63,543 nucleotides of DNA, taken from Gemmatimonadota bacterium (GTDB taxonomy: Bacteria; Gemmatimonadota; Gemmatimonadetes; Gemmatimonadales; GWC2-71-9). A program made the translations under genes and the position numbers. Location: the NCBI GenBank assembly GCA_033763675.1, contig JANRJZ010000178.1, forward strand, positions 1 through 63,543. Reading direction: 5' to 3'. This document shows, in pieces, positions 54,701 to 63,543 of the stretch (position 1 is its first letter; each line of letters starts with the position of its first letter). The notes beneath the pieces are model-generated. The model had not been told where the DNA came from. It searched no databases and saw only the letters and a list, made by a program, of their open reading frames with translations.

Positions 54701-54872
54701 CGAGGCCCGGCGACCCCTGGGCCTGGCCGTCGTGGGCGGGCTGCTGTTCTCACAGTTCGTGACGCTGTACGTGACGCCGGTGATCTACGTGGCGCTGGAT
54801 CGGTTGGGGGAGCGGTGGCGGGCCCGGGAAGCTGCGACGGTATCGACGGTACCGACGGTACAACAATCGTAA
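51765..54872 (+). CDS. RND multidrug efflux permease (AcrB/MexB-like, HAE1)
   Basis: 1035 aa. MNIAELFIKRPVMTTLVMAGILVFG, VGFVVDDAIVMLENI, and a C-terminal half with GIIMLVGLVKKNAIMMLDFA. Confidence 0.92.
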   Translation: MNIAELFIKRPVMTTLVMAGILVFGVAAYFKLPVSDLPSIDYPTISVNASLPGASPETMASSVATPLERQFSTIAGLDALTSTSGQGNVSITLQFTLDRDIDAAAADVQAAIAQTLRQLPQNMVPPSYSKVDPSQSPVLFFALTSASLPLSTLDEYGQTLISQRLSTVEGVAQVAVYGSQKYAVRIQLDPQALAARKIGLDEVSRAISTGNVNLPSGILWGTDRAYAVEAEGQLESAAAFRPLIVAMRDGAPVRLGDLGRVIDSVQETKAASWFNGTRAIVLAIQRQPGTNTVAVAERVKAAMVQIQRQLPAAVKVETLYDRSETIQESLHEVKFTLYLTLCLVVLTIFLFLRNISATVIPSLALPMSLVGTFAVMYLLGYSLDNLSLMALTLSVGFVVDDAIVMLENIVRHMEMGKSARQAAFDGAREIGFTIISMTISLVAVFIPLVFMGGLIGRLFREFAVTIGVAILVSGFVSLTLTPMLGSRFLKPGRHGGQGRFYLATERAYDGALQLYLRSLGWVMARRGAALSASLLILVATVWLAIIIPKGFLPSEDTAQLRGTTEAAEGTSFDAMLRLQQQAAAIVQADSNVAGFMSAVGSGGRGSNINQGRFFIHLKPRREREFSADEVARSLSGKMSAVPGMKVYFTNPPPISIGGRSTKSLYQYTIQGPDIQELYATAAKLEAALRALPEVRDVTSDLQIRNPEVRVKIDRERTAAYGLTVQAVEQALYDAYGARQVSTIYTATNQYWVILELLPEYQRDLGALSLLGLRATNGSLVPLTALADVTPDVGPLTVNHSGQLPSVTLSFDVVPGVSIGQAVAAVEAAAEPLLPGAVTARFAGTAQAFQQSQQGLLILLVLAIVVIYIVLGILYESFIHPLTILSGLPFAGFGALVTLLIAGLDLSVYAFVGIIMLVGLVKKNAIMMLDFAIDAERKDGKPPEAAILEAARVRFRPIMMTTFAALLGTLPIAFATGTGAEARRPLGLAVVGGLLFSQFVTLYVTPVIYVALDRLGERWRAREAATVSTVPTVQQS
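54835..54861. repeat. 3x nonamer CGACGGTA(T/C) array forming the last codons of the RND gene
   Basis: cgacggtat cgacggtac cgacggtac. It translates as ATVSTVPTV. It is inverted relative to 54918-54951. Confidence 0.85.
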
Positions 54873-54877
54873 AGCGA

Positions 54878-54901
54878 CCCTCCGGACTGAATTCCGGAGG
54901 G
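54878..54901. terminator. Perfect 9-bp hairpin between convergent genes (putative bidirectional terminator)
   Basis: ccctccgga / ctgaat / tccggaggg. It lies between the stops at 54872 and 54952. There is no clear U-tract. Confidence 0.55.
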
Positions 54902-54917
54902 CCGCCTGTCCACCAAC

Positions 54918-54951
54918 GCTACCGTCGTTACCGTCGCTACCATCGGTACCG
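54918..54951. repeat. About 4x nonamer G(C/T)TACCGTC array, the inverse of 54835-54861
   Basis: gctaccgtc gttaccgtc gctaccatc ggtaccgc. It abuts the stop codon of the minus-strand HEAT gene. Confidence 0.85.
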
Positions 54952-55701
54952 CTAGTTCTCCGTCAAAATCTCCTCAAACAACGCCACCGCCTCCGGCGCC
55001 TCGCTCTGCCCCAGCCAGAAGAGCGCAGTCTTCCGGAGCTTGGGATCCTGGCTGGTGCGCGCCACCCGGATGAGGGCGGGGATCCCCTCCTCCCGGGGCC
55101 GCTGGGACAGCGCGAAGATCGCCGACTCCCGCACCTCCCGGTCGCCGTTGTCATCCTGCACGATCGAGTCCAGCCCCTTCGTGGCTGCCTCGCCCGCCGC
55201 CTGGCCCAGCCAGAAGATCGCGCTGCGCCTGGTCTTCTGCGACACCCGGTCGTTGCGCACGATGCGGAGCAGCCCCGGCCAGGTCTCCACCCCCTCGGCC
55301 AGCGTGGCCGGGAAGATCGCGTCCTCGCTTGCCCCCTCGTTCCTCCCGGCCAGGCCGAAGAGCCAGTCCGCTGCCTCTTTCGCGTCCACCGCGCCGAGGT
55401 CCTGGGTGGCGGTGCCGCGCCACTGGCCGCCGACGTAGGCGCGGAGGGCGGTGGAGCGGCCACCGGCCCGGTCAATCACCACCCGCACCGGCCCCGATTC
55501 GCAGTCATGCTCCCACTCCCCGCGTGAGCCCTTCGAGTAGGTGCTGATGTTGCCCCGGCCGTTGCCGCACACCCCCTCCCGGGCGGGGAACGACAGCCGC
55601 ACCGTCCCATCCTTCACCCGGTCGATCCTCGAGGCCAGCGACTGCCCCTCCAGCATGGGGGCGGCGATGAGCGCCAGCCCCGCCAGCAGTGCGATGCGCA
55701 T
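54952..55701 (-). CDS. HEAT-repeat protein, secreted
   Basis: Signal peptide. The C-terminal half carries repeated (S/K)AIFWLGQ / SAIFALSQ HEAT-like (PBS-lyase type) units. Confidence 0.7.
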   Translation of the reverse strand: MRIALLAGLALIAAPMLEGQSLASRIDRVKDGTVRLSFPAREGVCGNGRGNISTYSKGSRGEWEHDCESGPVRVVIDRAGGRSTALRAYVGGQWRGTATQDLGAVDAKEAADWLFGLAGRNEGASEDAIFPATLAEGVETWPGLLRIVRNDRVSQKTRRSAIFWLGQAAGEAATKGLDSIVQDDNGDREVRESAIFALSQRPREEGIPALIRVARTSQDPKLRKTALFWLGQSEAPEAVALFEEILTEN

Positions 55702-55709
55702 GGTGTCCC

Positions 55710-57077
55710 CTACTCGTTGAGAAGTTCTTCGATGAGCGCGGCGGCACGCGGGTCCCGCGACTGGCCCAGCCAGAACACCGCCTTCTTGCGCATGTCAGGA
55801 TCCTTGTCCTTCCGGGCGATCTCGATCATCTGGTCCACCGCCCCGGGCCCCTTCACCTGGGACAGGGCGAAGATCACCTGCTCCTTGAGCTCCCGCTCCT
55901 GCAGCGTGGAGTAGAGCCGGCCCAGCTCCTCGGCGCTGGTCCCCCCCTGGCCGGACCAGAAGATCGCCTTCTTCCGCACCTCGACCGACTGCTTCGGATC
56001 CTGTGCCACCTCCAGCAGCCAGCGCCGGTCCTCGGGCTTCCCCGACTGCGCGATCCCGAAGATCACCTTGTCCTTGAGTTCGTCGTCGTCGAGGCGGGCG
56101 TAGAGGCCGCGCAGGTACTCCCCGCCGCCGCTCTTCGACTGGCCCAGCCAGAAGATGGCGTTGCTCCGGATCTCCCGCGGGACATCCTTCCGCTCGGCGA
56201 TGGCGCGGAGCGCCTGGGCCGCGCGGGGGTCGCGCTGCTGCGACAGGGCGAACACCGCCTTCTCCTGCAGCCCCGGGTCGGTGCTCCGCTGCGCAATCGA
56301 ATCCAGCGCCGCCACCGCCCGCGGGGTCGAGACCTGCGACAGCCAGAACACCGCCTGCTCCCGCACCTCGGGGTCGGGGTCGTGCCGCGCGGTGCTGATG
56401 AGGATCTCCTCGGTCTGCGGCCCCGCCTTCTGGGCCACCAGGAAGACCGCCTTCCGCCGGAGGCAGACGGAGCCCTCGTCCCGGCGCGCCAGCACCCGGG
56501 AGAGCAGCGGCAGCGCGCGCTCCGCGTCCATCTGCAGCACCGCGTTGAGCGCCGCGGCCTTCACGTCGGAATCCTCGTTGCAGTCGCCGCCGGCGCGGCC
56601 CCCCTCCCGGCCGGCATCCGTGGCCTCGATGGTCACCGCCTCCGCGGCCACGGGGTCGCCGCCGTGGGCCAGCGCCCCGCGGATGCGGGTGGCGAGGGTC
56701 TCGGCGTCCCCCATCGTCGCCGCCCTCGGGAAGCGGCGCCTCTGGTCCTCCAGCCGTGCCAGGGCGGTCTTGAGCTCGGCGTCCCCGCCGATCCGGTATC
56801 GGGCGAACGCCTCCCAGTAGAGCGCATCCGCCGCGTAGCCCGACCGCGGGTAGCGGCGGGTCAGCTCCGCGAAGCGCTCGACGGCGGCGCGGTACTGCTC
56901 GCGGCGGAGCGCCTCCCGCGCCATCCGGTAGAGGGAATCGCCGGGGTCGGACTGCAGCCAGGGCGCCGGCGGCTGGTCCGCGATCGCCACCGTGGCGCGC
57001 GCCTGCTGGAACAGCTGCGGCACCTCGATGGAGGAGAAGGTCAGGGCGGCCGTCAGGCCGAGCATCAGGGCGCGCAT
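55710..57077 (-). CDS. HEAT-repeat protein with an N-terminal TPR/YbgF-like region, secreted
   Basis: At least 7 repeats of the K.(A/V)(I/V)F(W/A)L(G/S)Q type (KAVFLVAQ, QAVFWLSQ, KAVFALSQ, NAIFWLGQ, KVIFGIAQ, KAIFWSGQ, QVIFALSQ, KAVFWLGQ). The ATG overlaps the anti-sigma stop (TAATG). Confidence 0.75.
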   Translation of the reverse strand: MRALMLGLTAALTFSSIEVPQLFQQARATVAIADQPPAPWLQSDPGDSLYRMAREALRREQYRAAVERFAELTRRYPRSGYAADALYWEAFARYRIGGDAELKTALARLEDQRRRFPRAATMGDAETLATRIRGALAHGGDPVAAEAVTIEATDAGREGGRAGGDCNEDSDVKAAALNAVLQMDAERALPLLSRVLARRDEGSVCLRRKAVFLVAQKAGPQTEEILISTARHDPDPEVREQAVFWLSQVSTPRAVAALDSIAQRSTDPGLQEKAVFALSQQRDPRAAQALRAIAERKDVPREIRSNAIFWLGQSKSGGGEYLRGLYARLDDDELKDKVIFGIAQSGKPEDRRWLLEVAQDPKQSVEVRKKAIFWSGQGGTSAEELGRLYSTLQERELKEQVIFALSQVKGPGAVDQMIEIARKDKDPDMRKKAVFWLGQSRDPRAAALIEELLNE

Positions 57078-57733
57078 TACAGGACTCCTTGAGTGGAAGC
57101 GGGCGTGCCCCCGGCCGGTACCGCGGCGCGGAGCCGACCCAGCGTGCCGCGCTGGTCGAGCCCGTCGGTGATCAGGTTGAGGTCCTCGCGGCGCTCGCGC
57201 TGCAACTGCGCGATCTCCGCCAGCACCAGCTCGAGGTCCTCCAGCAGCGCGCGAAGCCGTACGTCTTCGGCGGCGGGGGAATCGAGCAGCAGTCGCGCGG
57301 TGCCGAGCAGCCGGCGGGCCTCACGCGACGCGGTCTCATCGGGCTGCCCGGTGCTGGCGGCCGCCCGGAAGTCGGTCAGGAACACTTCGGTCCGGCCCAG
57401 GTACTCGGCCGCCACCAGGCGGTGGGCGGTGGTGGGCGGCTCGGTGGCTCGGCGGCTCGGCGACTCGGCGGCATGGTCGCTCGGCGACGGGGGTGCGGTC
57501 ATCCGCCCCAGCCCGAAGGCCAGCGCCAGCGTCGCGGCTACGGCCAATGGGATCAGCACCCGCCCCCACCTGATCGGCATCCTCGCTACCGTCGCTACCG
57601 TCGATACCGCCGGTACCGTCGTTTTCCGCTCCATCTGAATCCGCCGCCAGATCTCCTCCCGGGGGGCCGGGGGGGGCTGGAGGCTGTCGTGTGCGAGGCG
57701 GCGGATCATGGCCTCCCGTTCGTCGTCGTTCAT
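57077..57733 (-). CDS. Anti-sigma factor (single-pass membrane protein)
   Basis: It lies immediately downstream of the ECF sigma gene. I chose the start at MNDDEREAMIRRL, with one TM (VLIPLAVAATLALAFGL). It contains two short-repeat arrays in-frame. Confidence 0.65.
   Translation of the reverse strand: MNDDEREAMIRRLAHDSLQPPPAPREEIWRRIQMERKTTVPAVSTVATVARMPIRWGRVLIPLAVAATLALAFGLGRMTAPPSPSDHAAESPSRRATEPPTTAHRLVAAEYLGRTEVFLTDFRAAASTGQPDETASREARRLLGTARLLLDSPAAEDVRLRALLEDLELVLAEIAQLQRERREDLNLITDGLDQRGTLGRLRAAVPAGGTPASTQGVL
57438..57487. repeat. GGCTCGGC-family octamer array inside the anti-sigma CDS
   Basis: ggctcggt ggctcggc ggctcggc gactcggc ggcatggtcgctcggcgac. On the minus strand it translates as SPSDHAAESPSRRATEPP. 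Confidence 0.8.
57585..57621. repeat. TACCGTC-family nonamer array inside the anti-sigma CDS
   Basis: gctaccgtc gctaccgtc gataccgcc ggtaccgtc. On the minus strand it translates as TTVPAVSTVATVA. Confidence 0.8.
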
Positions 57734-57740
57734 CGTGTCC

Positions 57741-58280
57741 TCAGGCGAAGGCGGCGAGCGCTTCGCGAAGCCGGGCCCGGGCGCGGGAGAGGCGGGCCTT
57801 GGAGGTCCCGGTCTCCACGCCGAGGAGTCGGGCAATCTCCTCGTGGGTATAGCCTTCGACATCGTGCAGCAGGAACACCATCCGGTAGTGCTCCGCCAGG
57901 TCGGCGATCGCCTCCCGCATCCGGGTGGCGAGGTCGGGGTCGGCGCGGCGCTCGGTGCGGGCGGGGTGGTGGTCCAGGAGGACCGTCTCCCGCTGGTCGT
58001 GCCGCTGCACCTTCCGGAGCCCGGAGAGGGCCACCGAGATCGCCACCGAGCCGATCCAGGTGCCGAGGGCGGCGTCACCCCGGAAGTCGGCCAGCTTCTG
58101 GAACACCCGGACGAAGGTCTCCTGGGTCCAGTCGGCGGCGCGGTCGGCGTCGCCGGCAAACCGGTACACCATCCCCCACACCCGGTCGACGTGCGCGTCA
58201 TACAGGGCGCGCTCCGCCGCCGGATCCCCGGCCAGCACTCCTGCGATGAGTTCGGCTTCGGTCACTGACGCTCCATCCAC
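57741..58280 (-). CDS. ECF-type RNA polymerase sigma-70 factor
   Basis: Region 2 (LYDAHVDRVWGMVYRF..D...A.DWTQETFVRVFQKL..F) and region 4 (YRMVFLLHDVEGYTHEEIARLLGVETGTSKARLSRAR). Confidence 0.9.
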   Translation of the reverse strand: MDGASVTEAELIAGVLAGDPAAERALYDAHVDRVWGMVYRFAGDADRAADWTQETFVRVFQKLADFRGDAALGTWIGSVAISVALSGLRKVQRHDQRETVLLDHHPARTERRADPDLATRMREAIADLAEHYRMVFLLHDVEGYTHEEIARLLGVETGTSKARLSRARARLREALAAFA

Positions 58281-58341
58281 GGCGCTGGAGTGGTGGCCTC
58301 GTTCGGGTGCTTTGACGCGGGGGGAGGGGAAAGGGTTACGG

Positions 58342-58416
58342 GGCGATTGGGCGATTCGGTGATGGGGCGATCGGACGGGGGACGAATCGCCTAATCGCCT
58401 AATCGCCCAATCGCCC
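58342..58416. repeat. Inverted pair of CGCCCAAT-family arrays in the sigma/gyrA divergent intergenic region
   Basis: ggcgattg ggcgattc ggtgatgg ggcgatcg / gacgggggacg / aatcgcct aatcgcct aatcgccc aatcgccc. Confidence 0.9.
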
Positions 58417-58583
58417 TCCCGTCCCCGCCCCTAAGTTGTTGCCCAACCGTGATTTGCGACAAGTGGCGGCGATTGCCTCCCGGGCCCTGTGGGGGCTATA
58501 TTTCCCCGCTTCACGGCCGCCCGCGGCCACCTCCACCGCCCAGCATGGACGGGTGGCTCTCGCCGCCCCAACCACGGACCCGC

Positions 58584-61057
<2,474 letters not shown>

Positions 61058-61061
<4 letters not shown>

Positions 61062-62011
61062 TCCCCGTCGACCTCCAGAACCTGGAGGACGCCGCCCGGG
61101 GGCTCGCGGGAATCGCACTCCGCACCCCGCTGGTCGAATCGCCGGCGCTGGCCCGGCAGCTCGGGGTGCCGGTCTGGCTCAAGGCGGAGCAGCTGCAGCC
61201 GATCGGCGCCTTCAAGGTCCGGGGCGCCGTGACCGCCCTCCGGCGGCTGCCCCCGGAGGTCCGCGCCCGCGGGGTCGTCACCCACTCGAGCGGAAACCAC
61301 GGGATCGCGGTCGGCTGGGCTGCGCGGCGCCTCGGCGTTCCCGCCGTGGTGGTGGTGCCGGAGGACGCCCCGGCCATCAAGATCGAGGCGATCCGCAGCA
61401 CCGGCGCGGAGCTGGTCCTCATCCAGGATCGGGCCCAGCGGGAACCGACGGCGGTCCGTCTCATGCGGGAACGGGGCCTCTCCTTTATCCCCCCGTATGA
61501 CCACCCGGATGTGCTGGCGGGTCAGGGCACCTGCGGGCTCGAGATCCTCGAGCAGTGCCCCACGGTAGAGACCATCCTCGTCCCGGTGAGCGGCGGCGGC
61601 TTTCTCGGCGGAATCGCCACGGCGGTGCGGGGCCGGAAGCCCGGGGTGCGGGTGGTCGGGGTGGAGCCGGAAGGGGCGGCCAAGCTGACCGCCGCCCTGG
61701 CCGCGGGCGCTCCCGCCCGGGTCGAGGCGCCAAAGAGCATGGCCGACGGCCTGCTCGCTCCCGCGGTGGGCGCGATCCCCTTCCAGCAGATGGCGGGGGT
61801 GGTGAAGGAAGCGGCGCGGGTGAGCGAGGACGACCTCACCGCCGCGGTGCGGTTCCTGTGGCAGGAGCAGGGGTGGCGGGTGGAGCCCTCCGGGGCGGCG
61901 GCGGTCGCGGCCCTGCTGGGCGGCCGGCTCCGTCCCACGGGCCCGACGGTGGCGGTGGTCAGCGGAGGCAACGTGGATCCTGAGCTGTTCAGCCGGTTGA
62001 TCGCGGGATGA
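61058..62011 (+). CDS. PLP-dependent threonine/serine dehydratase-like enzyme (no ACT domain)
   Basis: PLP-lysine motif [14 protein letters not shown] and a Gly-rich GGGFLGG loop. GTGA overlap with gyrA. Confidence 0.82.
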
Positions 62012-63438
62012 GCATCCAGCCCCGCATCCTGGTCGCCGATGACGACCTGGCGCTGACCCGCACCCTCTCGTGGATCCTCAAGGAGCACGAGTACGAGGTG
62101 GTGGTGGTGAACAGCGGGAACTCCGTGCTGGAGAAGCTGTCCACCGAGCCGTACGACCTGCTCATGCTCGACATCATGATGCCCGGGTCCGACGGGCTGG
62201 TGCTGCTGGAGCGGCTCAAGGCCGATCCCCGGCTGCGCGACGTGCCGGTCCTCATGATCTCCTCCATGCCGCCCGAGGAAGCCACCGTGCGCGCGCTCGG
62301 CCTCGGCGCGGCGGACTTCATCTCCAAGCCGTTCCGGGTGCGGGAGCTGATGGCGCGGGTCAAGGCGCACCTGCGGGTGGGCCGCGAGCTCAACCTCGCC
62401 AAGGCGGAGGCGCGGAGCCGCTCGGAGATGGTGGACATCCTCCAGGAGGTCACCGCCTCCCTCAAGCCGGAGGAGATCTACCACATCCTGGTGCGCCGGG
62501 TGGCGCGCGGGCTCAAGATCTCCAAGTGCTCGCTGGTCTTCGCCAACCCCGGGCAGGAGACGGCGGTGGTGGTGGCCTCCTACGAGAACCCGATGCTCCG
62601 GGACCTCCCGATCGAGCTGCGGCGCTATCCCGAGATCCGCCGCGCCCTCGACACCCGGCAGACGGTGCTGGTCACCGACGTGGCCACCGACCCGCTCTAC
62701 GCCGAGGCCCGCGAGGCTTGGGAAACCGGCGGGGTGCGGGTGCCGACCCGCTCGGCGATCGCGATTCCGTTCGTGCTGAAGGACCAGCGGGCCGGGGTCT
62801 TCTTCCTCCGGACCACCGCCGAGGACACCCCGCTTAACCAGTCGGACCTGACCTTCGCGGAGCAGGTGATCCGCGCGGCGGTGCAGGCGCTGGAGAAGGC
62901 CTACGACCTGGAGAGCGCCGTCGTGGGCCGGGAGCAGATGAAGACCCTGGCCGAGACCGACGCCCTGACCGAGACCTACAACCGGCGGGCGCTGGCGGAC
63001 AAGCTGGTCCAGGAGATCGAGCGGGCCAACCGCTACTCCACCCAGCTGGCGTGCCTGATGATCGACGTGGACAATTTCAAGCAGATAAATGACGTCTACG
63101 GCCACCTGGCCGGGGACGTCGTGCTGCGGCAGCTGGGCGGGATCTTCCGCCGGGAACAGCGGACGGTAGATATCGTGGCGCGCTTCGGGGGCGAGGAGTT
63201 CGTCATCCTGCTTCCCGAGACGGCGGTGGCGGGGGCGCGGATCTTCGCCGACCGGGTGCTCAAGAAGGTGGCGTCCTATCCCTTCGGGGAGGGGGGCTCC
63301 GCCATCCGGGTCACGGTGAGCGTGGGCGTGGCCTGCTATCCGGATGAGCGGGTGCAGGACGGGGAGGCGCTGCTCAAACTCGCCGACCAGAACCTCTACA
63401 AGGCCAAGCAGGAAGGCCGTAACCGGTACCGCGATTGA
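62008..63438 (+). CDS. Response regulator receiver - GAF-like - GGDEF diguanylate cyclase
   Basis: REC (ILVADDD...DLLMLDIMMPG..G, ...SKPF), a central sensor region, and GGDEF (DALTETYNRR, IDVDNFKQINDVYGH, ARFGGEEFVILL, RNRY). ATGA overlap with the upstream gene. Confidence 0.88.
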   Translation: MSIQPRILVADDDLALTRTLSWILKEHEYEVVVVNSGNSVLEKLSTEPYDLLMLDIMMPGSDGLVLLERLKADPRLRDVPVLMISSMPPEEATVRALGLGAADFISKPFRVRELMARVKAHLRVGRELNLAKAEARSRSEMVDILQEVTASLKPEEIYHILVRRVARGLKISKCSLVFANPGQETAVVVASYENPMLRDLPIELRRYPEIRRALDTRQTVLVTDVATDPLYAEAREAWETGGVRVPTRSAIAIPFVLKDQRAGVFFLRTTAEDTPLNQSDLTFAEQVIRAAVQALEKAYDLESAVVGREQMKTLAETDALTETYNRRALADKLVQEIERANRYSTQLACLMIDVDNFKQINDVYGHLAGDVVLRQLGGIFRREQRTVDIVARFGGEEFVILLPETAVAGARIFADRVLKKVASYPFGEGGSAIRVTVSVGVACYPDERVQDGEALLKLADQNLYKAKQEGRNRYRD

Positions 63439-63543
63439 GCAGCCGACGCTGTCCCCGGTGCAACCGGGTGTACTCCGATCCGGCCCGCTTCTGCCCCCAG
63501 GACGGAAGCCCGCTGGTGGAGGTAGCCGGCGCCCAGGCGCCGG
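63435..63543 (+). CDS. Partial ORF with an N-terminal zinc-ribbon (CPRC...CPQDG), truncated by the window end
   Basis: The TTG at 63435 overlaps the upstream TGA. It translates as LSSRRCPRCNRVYSDPARFCPQDGSPLVEVAGAQAP. The double CxxC-type ribbon is common at the N-termini of Ser/Thr kinases and other regulators. It is not in the ORF track because it is short or uses an alternative start. Confidence 0.35.
   Translation, partial: MSSRRCPRCNRVYSDPARFCPQDGSPLVEVAGAQAP

Noticed and set aside
1-58416. Whether the short tandem arrays could be CRISPR arrays
   Set aside because: The units are 8-9 nt with no unique spacers between them, and there are no cas genes. These are microsatellite/REP-like repeats, not CRISPR.

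Overview
This is a very GC-rich bacterial chromosomal segment. The gene content looks Gemmatimonadota-like, but that is a weak inference. I support about 52 protein genes and found no rRNA, tRNA or CRISPR.

Housekeeping and metabolic genes:
- A translationally coupled otsA-otsB-GH15 trehalose operon.
- Beta-carbonic anhydrase, an amidohydrolase, a CocE/NonD peptidase and a GDE-like glycosidase.
- A Big2/PD40 protein, a Zn-ADH-like oxidoreductase and a PLP threonine/serine dehydratase.
- gyrA, a REC-GAF-GGDEF regulator and a BTAD/TPR regulator.
- Two RND efflux loci: MFP+RND+RND, and NodT-MFP-RND.
- An ECF sigma / anti-sigma / 2x HEAT-repeat operon.

Three things stand out.

1. An expanded accessory gene family. 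Eight paralogous beta-propeller-like (GxGPGEF motif) secreted proteins or lipoproteins lie between 23 and 48 kb. Five of them sit in repeated cassettes.
- Two copies of a four-gene module: a divergent 254-aa HTH-like protein, a ~330-aa protein, a 7-Cys secreted ~150-aa protein and a propeller.
- Two tandem copies of a three-gene module: a membrane-anchored CPWC thioredoxin-like protein, a ~70-aa signal-peptide-bearing 6-Cys mini-protein and a propeller lipoprotein.
- The three-gene copies are separated by ~100-nt copies of the 3' end of the upstream RND gene, which mark the duplication junctions.
- I cannot assign a function. It looks like an undescribed secreted disulfide-peptide system.

2. 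Short 8-9 nt tandem-repeat arrays in four sequence families. They are usually arranged as inverted pairs. They lie between genes, at gene termini, and in-frame inside coding regions. One family flanks the only transposase in the window, a RAYT/IS200-type gene, in inverted orientation, as REP elements do.

3. A coupled operon encoding a Lys/Ala-rich histone-H1-like protein, a trypsin-like protease and an FHA-domain membrane protein.

Many long antisense or off-frame ORFs in the track are GC-content artefacts and were not called.
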